Below, one piece after another: positions 11,992-22,039 of a stretch of 64,000 nucleotides of DNA. Under the pieces are notes generated by a model, which worked only from the letters and a program-made list of their open reading frames with translations, searched no databases and was not told the DNA's origin. The DNA is from Candidatus Dojkabacteria bacterium (lineage in GTDB: Bacteria > Patescibacteriota > Dojkabacteria > SC72 > JAFGCJ01). The stretch is from the NCBI GenBank assembly GCA_016929645.1, contig JAFGIK010000028.1, positions 11,402-75,401 on the forward strand, in the 5' to 3' direction. Position 1 is the first letter of the stretch. Every line of letters begins with the position of its first letter. The translations under genes and the position numbers were made by a program.

Positions 11992-12431
11992 ATATTTTAG
12001 TCCTATTATTAATAATTATATAAACAAAAGAAGACCACATAGGTCTTCCTAAAAACTTTAATAAACTTTGAAAAGACTAATATCCTTCAAAAACATTATG
12101 AGAAACTAATTTTTATTGAAAATCCCGGTGATAGTAACATGTAAACGATCTTATGTCAAACCTGATGTTTGATATTAATCGCCAACCTGCAGCAAAAACA
12201 GTAATCTTTATACTAGACATCTACAAATTCTTATTACATTTTCTTACAATTATAGACAAAATGCAATACTGAAATACAAATGGATGAAACAGGTTATTTC
12301 CAATTACAGCATTTTCCAATTAATAACATATTTCATCTGTTTATTTTTATATTGTAAAAAGACATCACTTCTAATACAATAATTATTGATCACAAAAACA
12401 ATATATTAATGCAAATTACCAAAAAATTATC

Positions 12432-14672
12432 ATGGCAAAAAAACGAGGCCGACCAAAAACAAAAGATAACAAAACGATAAACATCAAAAGCCCTGAAACA
12501 AAAATTGCTTTAGGAATAATCCTAGCATTTATAGGGCTAATAGAAATATTGGCATTATTCATGAACGGAGTCGTGTTTGAATACATTGTTAAACTCTTTG
12601 GAGTTTCATGTTTACCATTCGGAATATCGACAATACTACTTGGAATTTATCTAATCGGAATAGATCTAAAATTCTTAACACCAAGAATCTTGTTCGGCAT
12701 ATTTCTTATGTCATCAATAATCAGCACATTCGCACACTTTATAATTCCAACAGAACTGGCGAAAGAAGTCGCCATGTCAGGTCAGGGTGGCGGACTATAT
12801 GGCTACTATATAAGCAAAATACTAATAGATTTCTTGGGAAGATTTGCAGGAATAATAGCCTTGCTGATAATGCTCCTTTTTGCTATTACAATTTTGTCAG
12901 GAATTACTTTATTACAAATCAAGGAATTTATTACAGAGAATATATTCCATAAGAAAATCACAAGGAGTCCACAAGAGGATCTTAATCTTGAAAGAAAAGA
13001 ATTAGATTCTGATTATATTGGGGAAATGGGACTCGATATGAATACCAATCCTCAGATGGATGGAGAAAACAATTCAAATCACAGCAAAAATGATATATTG
13101 ACAGATATTTCAGAAGACAATGATACCGATAATTATAATACTAATATTAACATAGATAATACTTCATCGAACTTGGATTTTTCCAATTCGAACAAAAAAG
13201 AGGAAGACGATAAAGCTGATTCAGAAAACAAACCGCACGGAATTCAATATCCAAACTGGACCTTACCATCACCAGATCTTTGCGAAGAACCTAAAGTATA
13301 TAAGACATCACCTGCACAATATAAGAAAAAAGGTGAAATCATAGAAAAAACACTGAGAAGTTTTAACATCAAAAGTAGGGTAGTTGACTATTCAGCTGGA
13401 CCAAGAGTAGTCCAATATGCCATAAGCATAACTATCGGCACAAAAGTGTCAAAGGTAAAAGCACTTGCAAACGACCTTGCTTTAGCACTCGCTGTACCTT
13501 CAGGAAGTGTACGTATTCTCACACCAATTCCTGGAACATCATATATTGGAATCGAAATACCAAATGATTCACCAAATTTCGTTAAGATCAAAGAGATTAT
13601 TACATCAAAAGAATGGAGTGAGTTTAATGGAATGATACCGTTTTCACTGGGAAAAGATGTTACTGGTAAAAACATCATATCTGACCTTACCAAAATGCCG
13701 CACATTTTGATCGCTGGTGCTACTGGCTCTGGCAAATCTATAGCTGTAAATACATTCCTTTGTGGTTCATTGATGAGCCTTTCCCCTGATCAACTCAAAT
13801 TCATTCTTGTTGATCCGAAAATGGTCGAACTGACACCATATAATGATATTCCACATTTACTAACACCTGTGATTACTGAGGTAGATAACGTGGTGAATGC
13901 ATTGCAATGGCTAGTTAACGAAATGCAGCGAAGATATAGAATACTGAAGCAAGAAAAAGTTAGAAATATCAAGCAATACAACGAATTAATGGGATATCCA
14001 GAATTACCATATATAGTTTTAGTAATCGATGAAATGGCAGACCTTATGCTCACAACTGGAGCCGAGGTCGAATCAAGAATTGTCCGTCTAGCACAAATGG
14101 CACGTGCTGTTGGAATACATCTCGTTCTCGCTACGCAAAGACCATCCGTTGATGTTATTACAGGATTAATCAAGGCCAATGTACCAGCAAGAGTTGGTAT
14201 GAGTGTTGCGACAAGCATAGATTCACGTGTAGTTATAGATATGCCAGGTGCAGAAACCTTACTTGGGAATGGAGATATGTTATTTAAAGCTCCAGATATT
14301 TCAAAACCATACAGAATTCAAGGTGCATATGTATCAAATGAAGAGATAGAAAGGATAACAGATTTCGTTAAAACTCAAGTTGACAATGTAGATTACGACG
14401 CAAACATAATCAAACCACAAACAGAAGGAGCCAAAGGAGATTCAACCGAAGGAGGAGTTTCAGATGATCCGTTATTTGCAGATGCAGTTCAAATCGTAGT
14501 GTCTTCTCAAAAAGCATCGGCATCACTATTACAAAGGAAACTAAGGATTGGCTATAATCGAGCAGCCAGATTGATGGATGAACTATACGAGAAACACGTA
14601 GTAGGACCGGAAGACGGTAGTAAAGCACGAAAAGTTTTAATAACTGATGCAAACTCATTTCTAAATAAATAA
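12432..14672 (+). CDS. ftsK: DNA translocase FtsK (N-terminal polytopic membrane domain, N/D-rich linker, RecA-like motor, gamma domain)
   Basis: Walker A GATGSGKS, hexameric motor motifs and a C-terminal winged-helix gamma domain (RKLRIGYNRAARLMDEL). Confidence 0.9.
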   Translation: MAKKRGRPKTKDNKTINIKSPETKIALGIILAFIGLIEILALFMNGVVFEYIVKLFGVSCLPFGISTILLGIYLIGIDLKFLTPRILFGIFLMSSIISTFAHFIIPTELAKEVAMSGQGGGLYGYYISKILIDFLGRFAGIIALLIMLLFAITILSGITLLQIKEFITENIFHKKITRSPQEDLNLERKELDSDYIGEMGLDMNTNPQMDGENNSNHSKNDILTDISEDNDTDNYNTNINIDNTSSNLDFSNSNKKEEDDKADSENKPHGIQYPNWTLPSPDLCEEPKVYKTSPAQYKKKGEIIEKTLRSFNIKSRVVDYSAGPRVVQYAISITIGTKVSKVKALANDLALALAVPSGSVRILTPIPGTSYIGIEIPNDSPNFVKIKEIITSKEWSEFNGMIPFSLGKDVTGKNIISDLTKMPHILIAGATGSGKSIAVNTFLCGSLMSLSPDQLKFILVDPKMVELTPYNDIPHLLTPVITEVDNVVNALQWLVNEMQRRYRILKQEKVRNIKQYNELMGYPELPYIVLVIDEMADLMLTTGAEVESRIVRLAQMARAVGIHLVLATQRPSVDVITGLIKANVPARVGMSVATSIDSRVVIDMPGAETLLGNGDMLFKAPDISKPYRIQGAYVSNEEIERITDFVKTQVDNVDYDANIIKPQTEGAKGDSTEGGVSDDPLFADAVQIVVSSQKASASLLQRKLRIGYNRAARLMDELYEKHVVGPEDGSKARKVLITDANSFLNK

Positions 14673-14675
14673 AAT

Positions 14676-15701
14676 ATGCTTACTGCAGGGACTATATTAA
14701 AAAAAGAAAGAGAAAAAAAAGGATATACAATCCAGGACGTATCTGCTGCAACAAAAATCCAAAGGGATTACATAACAGCACTAGAAAATGATGAGTTCGA
14801 AAAATTTCCATCATCTGTTTACGCAAAAGGTTTTTTGCAAAATTACGCGAAATTTCTTGGCATCAATTCAAACAAAGTACTTGCATTATACAGAAGAAGT
14901 CAAAGCTCTGACCCTGAGCCAACTATTTCAAAAAAAGAAGAAAAATTTAAAACACCAGCCTTTGTTATGACTCCGACAGTCCTAATTATGGGCGTTATAA
15001 TTACTCTTGTAATTGCAACAATCGGATATCTAATTATTCAATTCTATAACTTCCAAAAACCTCCGTATTTGAAAGTATCAGAGCCTGAAGGAGATATTAC
15101 AGTTACCGAAGATAGAATAGATGTAAAAGGAAAAACAGAAGTAGGAATGTTTGTTACTGTCAATGATGAATCTGTTCAAGTATCAAATAATGGAGAATTT
15201 GAAACATCAGTAAAATTAAATCCAGGCTCAAATACAATTGTCGTCAAATCACGACATCCAGACAATATTGGTAAAGAGGCAGTTGTAATACGTACAGTGG
15301 AATACAAAAACCCAGAAGACAATTCACAGGAAACAAATCCTGATAGCGATACACAAAATAATACGAATGTAACGGAAGGCGATAATACAGAGGATAATAA
15401 CCAAACTACTCAAGATGACACCACGGTTGAGAACGTCATGAACATTGTTGTAGAAGTAACAATAGATGCAGCATGGCTAGAAATCGAAATTGATGGTGAA
15501 TCAGTACTCGCACAAACTGTAACTGCACCAAACACCATGGAGTTCACAGCTAATGAAAGCTTTTACATCAGATCAGGAAAAGTCTCTTCCACATCAGTAA
15601 CAATAAATGGTGAGCCCGTAACCTTGATTAATGATGAATACGGAACTGCCAGCATTATTTGTACCCTATCTGGGGCACAATACAGTTGTACTGCCCCTTA
15701 A
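14676..15701 (+). CDS. rodZ: RodZ-like cytoskeleton protein (XRE-type HTH, single TM, extracellular C-terminal domain)
   Basis: N-terminal HTH (KKGYTIQDVSAATKIQRDYITALENDEF) then a TM helix, which is RodZ architecture. Confidence 0.55.
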   Translation: MLTAGTILKKEREKKGYTIQDVSAATKIQRDYITALENDEFEKFPSSVYAKGFLQNYAKFLGINSNKVLALYRRSQSSDPEPTISKKEEKFKTPAFVMTPTVLIMGVIITLVIATIGYLIIQFYNFQKPPYLKVSEPEGDITVTEDRIDVKGKTEVGMFVTVNDESVQVSNNGEFETSVKLNPGSNTIVVKSRHPDNIGKEAVVIRTVEYKNPEDNSQETNPDSDTQNNTNVTEGDNTEDNNQTTQDDTTVENVMNIVVEVTIDAAWLEIEIDGESVLAQTVTAPNTMEFTANESFYIRSGKVSSTSVTINGEPVTLINDEYGTASIICTLSGAQYSCTAP

Positions 15702-15758
15702 AATTCACATGCGAAGCTATTTAAAGCATTAAAACAATAAATTGACAGACACTGCTTA

Positions 15759-17588
15759 ATGACAGCAAACAATCCAGCATTCAAAGGATTTGATCGACAA
15801 GTAATAGAAGAAATAAAAGATAGAATTCCGATAGATACGGTTGTAAAAAGATATGTTAGATTAAAGAATATTGGCCGAAATCTTTTTGGAAAATGTCCAT
15901 TTCACACTGAAGATACACCATCATTTTCAGTCAATCCGGAATTAAAAATATATAAATGTTTTGGATGTGGCGAACATGGTGATGTTATTTCATTTCTTCA
16001 AAAAATCGAGAATCTTGAGTTTCCTGAAGTAATCACAAGGCTCGCAAAGGAAGCTGGAATCCAAATTAAAACTTCAAATATTTCTGACAAAAATTATAAA
16101 ACAATAGTAGAAGCAAAAAATATTTACGAGTTAGTTCAAAAATTTTTTACTTACTACTTAAACGATAAGAACAAAGGACTAAAAGCCCGCAAGTATTTAG
16201 AAAACAGAAACTTATCATCTAAGTCAAGTCAATGTTTCGAAATAGGATATGCACCAACAAGCGAAAACAATGATATTCTTACCAAATTCCTAATAAAGAA
16301 AGGAATCCCTGAGTCTAAACTCATTGAATATGGATTATCAACACAGAAGTGGAAATATTTGCGGGATAGATTTTATGACAGAATAATGTTTCCAATACAA
16401 AATACTTCAGGAAACATATTGGCTTTCAGCGGTAGAGTTCTTGATAAGGACGATAAAAGGCCAAAATATTTAAACTCACCAGAAACAGTAATATTCAAGA
16501 AGAGATATAATTTATTTGGAATTTTTCAAGCACGAAAATATATCTCAGATAAGGATTTTGTAATACTTCATGAAGGACAGACCGACGTCATTTCAGATTT
16601 TTCAATTGGAATAAGAAACGCTGTTGCACCTCTTGGCACGGGTCTCACAAAGGAACAGCTACAAATACTTAGTCGATATACAAAAAATATTGCAATTGCG
16701 TTTGATTCTGATGCTGCAGGAATCAAAGCGTCTGTCAGAGCTGCAGCTCTTGCCTACGAACAGGGATTTAACGTGTTTATCATAAATATACCTTATGGAA
16801 AAGATGCAGATGAATGCATTCGCCATGATAAAAAACTATGGATAACTGCAGTGAAAAATAGAACTCCTGCCATTTCAAATTTTATCGGAAAATTAACAGA
16901 AAGGGTTGATCCTTCTTCAGTTCAAGGCAAAAAGATAATCCTTACCAAAATACTTCCAATAATAAATATTATTACTGATAAGGTAGTTCAAGATCATTTT
17001 ATCAAGGAGATAAGTGCTGTTATTGATACACCTGAGGATTTGATCAAGCAAGAACTAAGAAATCTTTCAAAAAGGAGCGCATACTCAACTACATCACAAA
17101 GCCCCCAAAAACCTGGCAAAATGGCAAAAGCGTTACCAAATCAACCAAACATCAATACGTTTTCACATGAAACATATCTCTTAAGATTATTTTGTTCTGA
17201 TCCAAAATTGTTTACCAAAGAAAATCTTGATATTGATCTAAATTTTTTCCAAGATGAGTTCATAAAGAAGATTTTTGAAATAATCAAGAATGAAAAAGTT
17301 GAGTCTCTAGATAATTTATTTGGCCAACTGAGCACTGAAGAGCAAGATTCGTTGAAAAACCTTATCATGAATCCAGATCAACAATTATTGTCAAATGATA
17401 ATTTAAACGAGATTCAAAAAGAAATATCTGATACAATAGCCCAAATAAAAACCAATGGATTAAAGATCAAATATGAAGAAGTCAGAAGAGAATTGAAACG
17501 TGCAGAAATTAGTAATGATATTAAAAAAGCAACTGAATTATCTGAAAAACTGAATGAACTTGGACGCAAAATTAAAAACAAGAATTAA
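15759..17588 (+). CDS. dnaG: DNA primase
   Basis: CHC2 zinc finger (CPFHTEDTPSFSV...CFGCGEHGD) and a TOPRIM domain. Confidence 0.9.
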   Translation: MTANNPAFKGFDRQVIEEIKDRIPIDTVVKRYVRLKNIGRNLFGKCPFHTEDTPSFSVNPELKIYKCFGCGEHGDVISFLQKIENLEFPEVITRLAKEAGIQIKTSNISDKNYKTIVEAKNIYELVQKFFTYYLNDKNKGLKARKYLENRNLSSKSSQCFEIGYAPTSENNDILTKFLIKKGIPESKLIEYGLSTQKWKYLRDRFYDRIMFPIQNTSGNILAFSGRVLDKDDKRPKYLNSPETVIFKKRYNLFGIFQARKYISDKDFVILHEGQTDVISDFSIGIRNAVAPLGTGLTKEQLQILSRYTKNIAIAFDSDAAGIKASVRAAALAYEQGFNVFIINIPYGKDADECIRHDKKLWITAVKNRTPAISNFIGKLTERVDPSSVQGKKIILTKILPIINIITDKVVQDHFIKEISAVIDTPEDLIKQELRNLSKRSAYSTTSQSPQKPGKMAKALPNQPNINTFSHETYLLRLFCSDPKLFTKENLDIDLNFFQDEFIKKIFEIIKNEKVESLDNLFGQLSTEEQDSLKNLIMNPDQQLLSNDNLNEIQKEISDTIAQIKTNGLKIKYEEVRRELKRAEISNDIKKATELSEKLNELGRKIKNKN

Positions 17589-17632
17589 TGAAAAATAAAA
17601 CTCAAATATTTTAATTGTTCTGACAAATATAA

Positions 17633-18592
17633 ATGACCAAACAACCAGAAGTCTCTGACTATGATAAAAGCAAATATGATTACACTACGTATTGGAAATC
17701 AAGAGAATACGAGCATCAGGCCGAAACTGCATTACTTGATAGGATTTTCAAAAGAAAAAACGGACAATGGATAATCGATATAGGTGGAGGATTTGGTCGT
17801 CTTGTTAAAACATATCACCAGAAATACCACAAATTTATAATTTGTGATTATTCTACAGAACTTCTTAACAAAGCACAGATACAATTACGGGAACAAGGTA
17901 TCAAAAATGGATTCTTTGTAGCTGCTAATATCTATAATTTACCCTTTAAGCAGGACATTATAGATACAGTTTTAATGGTCAGAGTGGCTCATCATCTGGA
18001 AGATATTTCAAAGGCGGTAAATGAACTTACACGGATCATAATGCCAAAAGGAGATATTGTGCTCGAGTTTGCAAATAAATTACATATTAAAAATCGATTA
18101 AAGCACCTGCTTAAATTTGATTTTGATTTTTTTTTCTCAGGCAAGCCATATAAGCATAAAACTGGAGAAAATGCTGAAGGTACGGATCGGAAATCACCAG
18201 GAATCTTCTACAACTTTGATTACAGACATTTAAAACGGGAGATAGTTTCACATGAAATGACAATCAAAAGAACTTATCCTCTCTCATTTTTTAGAATAAA
18301 CCTTGCAAAAAAATTAATACCTTTAAAATTATTAATTTTTCTTGAAAAACTTGCTCAAAATATTTTATTCTGGACTAAAATAACTCCAAGTGTGGTCATA
18401 GAAGCGTCAAAACAAGTTAAGCGTAAACAAACAGCTGAAAGAAAATCTATTGAATCGATTATCTGTTGCCCAAATTGCAAAGGAGATTTTAAACAACAAG
18501 GAAGACTATTCATATGTAACAAATGCAATCTTAAATTCAAAGAATCTAATAATATAATTGACCTGAGATACCCCAATCTAAATGAATCTTAA
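17633..18592 (+). CDS. Class I SAM-dependent methyltransferase with a C-terminal Trm112-like zinc ribbon
   Basis: Motif I IIDIGGGFGRL and C-terminal CCPNCKG...CNKC. Overlaps rsmA by 11 nt. Confidence 0.55.
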   Translation: MTKQPEVSDYDKSKYDYTTYWKSREYEHQAETALLDRIFKRKNGQWIIDIGGGFGRLVKTYHQKYHKFIICDYSTELLNKAQIQLREQGIKNGFFVAANIYNLPFKQDIIDTVLMVRVAHHLEDISKAVNELTRIIMPKGDIVLEFANKLHIKNRLKHLLKFDFDFFFSGKPYKHKTGENAEGTDRKSPGIFYNFDYRHLKREIVSHEMTIKRTYPLSFFRINLAKKLIPLKLLIFLEKLAQNILFWTKITPSVVIEASKQVKRKQTAERKSIESIICCPNCKGDFKQQGRLFICNKCNLKFKESNNIIDLRYPNLNES

Positions 18593-19397
18593 GAATAAGG
18601 ACCTAGGACAAAATTTTCTTGTTAATCGAGATATTATTTCAAGAATTGTCTCACAAATAAAACCTGAAGAAGACGAGACTTTTATCGAAATTGGACCAGG
18701 TCTTGGAGCAATAACAGTTCCACTGGCAAGTAAGGTTAAAAAGATAATTGCTGTCGAAATTGATTCAAGATTACATCTTTTGCTTAATAGTGATATTGAG
18801 AAGTTTAAAATCAAAAATATTAAATTAATTAATGAAGATATTTTAAAAGTTAATCTTGAAAAGATTCTTGAAAAAGAAAACATTCAAAAATATCGAGTTT
18901 ATGGTTCACTGCCATACAGTATTTCAAAACAGATAATTAAGCAATTTCTAACGTATGACAAAAAAAAACCAAAGGATCTTACATTTATAATTCAAAAAGA
19001 AGTTGCAATGAATTATATTCAAGCTCCTCCGAAAGCTACTTTCCTGTATCACATGAGCGAAATATACTCCCATAAACAAATTTTAATGAATATTGCACCC
19101 AAAAACTTTAGACCTATTCCAAAAGTTGAGAGCTCATTAATTAAATTTGAATTGAAAACTAAGACAGATATTGATAATCCAGAGCAGTATATTAAATTCG
19201 TAAAAATTCTTTTTACTCATCCGAGAAAAACAATTCTAAATAATTTACGAACGTTAAATAAAAATTTGCTAAATAAATCGAAATTCGAACATGACAATGA
19301 AATTACAATGATCTTGAGCAAACGAGCAGCAGAGTGTAGTAAAGAAGAACTTTTTCAGCTTTTCCCTATTTTCCTGCAATTAACAGACAGGGCTTAA
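18582..19397 (+). CDS. rsmA: 16S rRNA (adenine1518/1519-N6)-dimethyltransferase RsmA/KsgA
   Basis: GQNFLVN ... IEIGPGLGAITVPL motifs. Confidence 0.85.
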   Translation: MNLKNKDLGQNFLVNRDIISRIVSQIKPEEDETFIEIGPGLGAITVPLASKVKKIIAVEIDSRLHLLLNSDIEKFKIKNIKLINEDILKVNLEKILEKENIQKYRVYGSLPYSISKQIIKQFLTYDKKKPKDLTFIIQKEVAMNYIQAPPKATFLYHMSEIYSHKQILMNIAPKNFRPIPKVESSLIKFELKTKTDIDNPEQYIKFVKILFTHPRKTILNNLRTLNKNLLNKSKFEHDNEITMILSKRAAECSKEELFQLFPIFLQLTDRA

Positions 19398-19428
19398 GAA
19401 TTCTCCTGAATGTTATATAATACTTCCA

Positions 19429-19980
19429 ATGAAAAAAATGATTCACACAAAAGAAGAAATTACTAAAATAACTAATACTAATACAAAAACTCGAAAATCA
19501 GTCCTCGATCAACGCACAGCGAATAAAAATAGCAAGCAGGAAATTGAGACACAACTTGATCTTGGAATTAAATACAAGGGCAATCCATTAATTGACCGAT
19601 TTAAAAATGACGCAAGAAAAAAGCTTAGAATTCTTGAATTATTCATATATTGGAGATCTGCTATTTTATGGTTTTTATTTTTTCTAAATACTGTAGCACC
19701 TTACTTTCTGTATACAAAATTTGCAGAGAAACTCTCTAAGCTGGATTATAAATTTCCTTTGTTTTACTACTTACCAGTCAAAAAGGATCGATTGATAACA
19801 AAAGAAGATCTTCTATTTTTTTTAATTACGTTTGCAATTGTGCAACTAGTTGGAGTTGCATTGGGAAGTAAGGTTTATTTCAAATCAAAAGATATTTCAT
19901 ATTTGCTTATTATTACTCAGATCTTATCTTCGATTTTTGTCTATTTAGGTTTGTATAAATCCTTGTTAATGATATTTTAA
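19429..19980 (+). CDS. Hypothetical membrane protein
   Basis: 183 aa with about four predicted TM helices; no family recognised. Confidence 0.35.
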   Translation: MKKMIHTKEEITKITNTNTKTRKSVLDQRTANKNSKQEIETQLDLGIKYKGNPLIDRFKNDARKKLRILELFIYWRSAILWFLFFLNTVAPYFLYTKFAEKLSKLDYKFPLFYYLPVKKDRLITKEDLLFFLITFAIVQLVGVALGSKVYFKSKDISYLLIITQILSSIFVYLGLYKSLLMIF

Positions 19981-20059
19981 TGAATTCGCAATATGTCGAG
20001 AAAATTAAAACATTGTTAAATAAACATATTAAATTAAGATAAATAAGACCTACAACGAA

Positions 20060-21250
20060 ATGTTCAATCTCGTACAAACAATCAACAATTACCTACCAGA
20101 TAACTACCACCCATATACCAAGTATTTACCATTGTTTCTGATTTCTATTTTAATTACATTGTTTTCCACACCAATCGCTGGTTATGTTGCTCGAAAATTC
20201 AATATAATAGGAAAACCACCAAGTCAAAGAGACGGAAAGAAATTTTCAGACAGAAGACACCTAGAAAAGCAACCATTACCAAAATTTGGAGGAACAGCCG
20301 TAATTATTCCTCTATTAATAATTTGCTTTGTAACACTAAAACCTGATACAAATTTACTTTTTCTTCTTGCAGGGGTTTCCGTACTAGTAGTAATGGGAAT
20401 TATTGACGATATTTACGAAATCTCAGCAACCGCTCAATATTCTGCTCAAATGATTGCTGCAATACTAATATTCATTTCACCAATGAATTTATCATTTATT
20501 TCTACTCCTTTTGGTGGGACAATAGATCTAGATTGGTGGAACTTTTTGGGAAAAATTGGTGAAATCCCATTCGAGATAATTCTGCCAGGAGATTTGTTTC
20601 TAATTGGATGGATTTTAGTATGTATTAACGCCGTAAAATGGGTAGGTGGTGCTGATGGGTTAATTGAAGGTAATTCATTTCTTGGATTCTTGGCACTATT
20701 TTTACTAAGTGTCAGAGTAAACGAACAAATTCCTGCAACAGTAAGCATCACTATGGCAGGTCTTTTATTTGGATTTTTGTTTTACAACTTCAAACCGGCA
20801 AAAATTATGAGCGGTTCCCCTGGTAAATCAACATATGGATACATTCTTGCCGTACTAGGCTTGCTTAGCGGTGCAAAAATTATGTTAACTATGATCATAC
20901 TAATGATGCCTTTGACCGATTTTGTTATTGTTATTGTTGGAAGAATAATCAAATACAAACCAAAATCATTTAAGCAGCTTATGTCCATTAGTGATCAATC
21001 ACATTTACATCATAGACTTCTCAATCTTGGTTTAACTGAATCAACGGTGGCTTTCGTAGAATATCTGATTTCTGCAGTTATGGCTGCAATTGCACTTGCA
21101 TTTTCTGGAGCGATGAAAGGATTTGCCCTGCTATTAGCATTTATTATAATCGCAATATTTACATATCTCATTTTCAAGGTTGCTAACAAGATCCGTAAAG
21201 AGAAAAACAAACCGCAAGGAGACACTCCAGAACAAAAATATTCATACTAA
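20060..21250 (+). CDS. Glycosyltransferase family 4 polyprenyl-phosphate sugar-1-phosphate transferase (MraY/WecA-like)
   Basis: Polytopic membrane protein with MGIIDDIYE (GxxDD) and VGGADGL motifs typical of MraY/WecA. Confidence 0.6.
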   Translation: MFNLVQTINNYLPDNYHPYTKYLPLFLISILITLFSTPIAGYVARKFNIIGKPPSQRDGKKFSDRRHLEKQPLPKFGGTAVIIPLLIICFVTLKPDTNLLFLLAGVSVLVVMGIIDDIYEISATAQYSAQMIAAILIFISPMNLSFISTPFGGTIDLDWWNFLGKIGEIPFEIILPGDLFLIGWILVCINAVKWVGGADGLIEGNSFLGFLALFLLSVRVNEQIPATVSITMAGLLFGFLFYNFKPAKIMSGSPGKSTYGYILAVLGLLSGAKIMLTMIILMMPLTDFVIVIVGRIIKYKPKSFKQLMSISDQSHLHHRLLNLGLTESTVAFVEYLISAVMAAIALAFSGAMKGFALLLAFIIIAIFTYLIFKVANKIRKEKNKPQGDTPEQKYSY

Positions 21251-21376
21251 ATAAACACTAGTAGGACTTCCGAAAAAATAACAATATATCAATTTCTCAT
21301 AAATCTTCCATTTTTTACAATGATTTCATTGAATGTACCATTTCTGTCATATTCCTGTTAGACTGTAATACAATCA

Positions 21377-22039
21377 TTGATTTTTCTAAAAGTGAAATTT
21401 ATAATGAACATTATGAAAAAAGTCATTGTCAAAATTGTATTAGCCCTACTAGTTGTAGGTTTATTTATGGCATTATCACTGTCACAACCCTGGAAATACC
21501 TTTTTGAATCATCACTATTTAATAATGGTGCAGCGTTAACTGTTAATTCTCCAGGTGGCAAGGCTGATGTGTATTTAGATGGTAAAAAAATCGGTGAGAC
21601 ACCATATTCATCAGCGAATTTAAAATCAGGTGAGTATCAAATTGAACTTCGAAGAGAAACTGAAAGTTCTGATTTCTATCAATCAATCGGACGAAAAATT
21701 AATTTGGAGCCAGACACACGAGCTTTTATCGAAGCAGAGATCGGTCCAACTGAAGAATTTAGCTCTCTTAAAGTTGCATATTACCAAAAATCTCAAAATT
21801 CCAAACCAACAATACTTTTAGACATCACTCCTAAAGATGCAGATTTATGGATAGATGGTGAAAAGACATCAATCTCAGATTCAAACATAGTCACTCTTAG
21901 CGAAGGAGAACATACTGTTAAGGTTGAACAAACTGGCTATGAACCATTAGACGTAGAGGTTATATCGAGAAGTGGTTACACCCTTATCGTCGAAGTTAAA
22001 TTAATGACAAAACCAATAGATCTATTAAAAAATGAGTAA
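21377..22039 (+). CDS. PEGA-domain protein (two PEGA repeats), secreted or anchored
   Basis: N-terminal signal/TM then two PEGA-like modules (VYLDGKKIGETPY..., LWIDGEKTS...EGEHTVKVEQTGYEP). Confidence 0.55.
   Translation: MIFLKVKFIMNIMKKVIVKIVLALLVVGLFMALSLSQPWKYLFESSLFNNGAALTVNSPGGKADVYLDGKKIGETPYSSANLKSGEYQIELRRETESSDFYQSIGRKINLEPDTRAFIEAEIGPTEEFSSLKVAYYQKSQNSKPTILLDITPKDADLWIDGEKTSISDSNIVTLSEGEHTVKVEQTGYEPLDVEVISRSGYTLIVEVKLMTKPIDLLKNE

Noticed and set aside
12030-12060. Hairpin GAAGACC-ACAT-AGGTCTTC upstream of rpoB as an rplL-rpoB-type attenuator
   Set aside because: rplKAJL are not upstream here; ftsK is divergent. The short stem without a U-tract is not convincing as a regulator.
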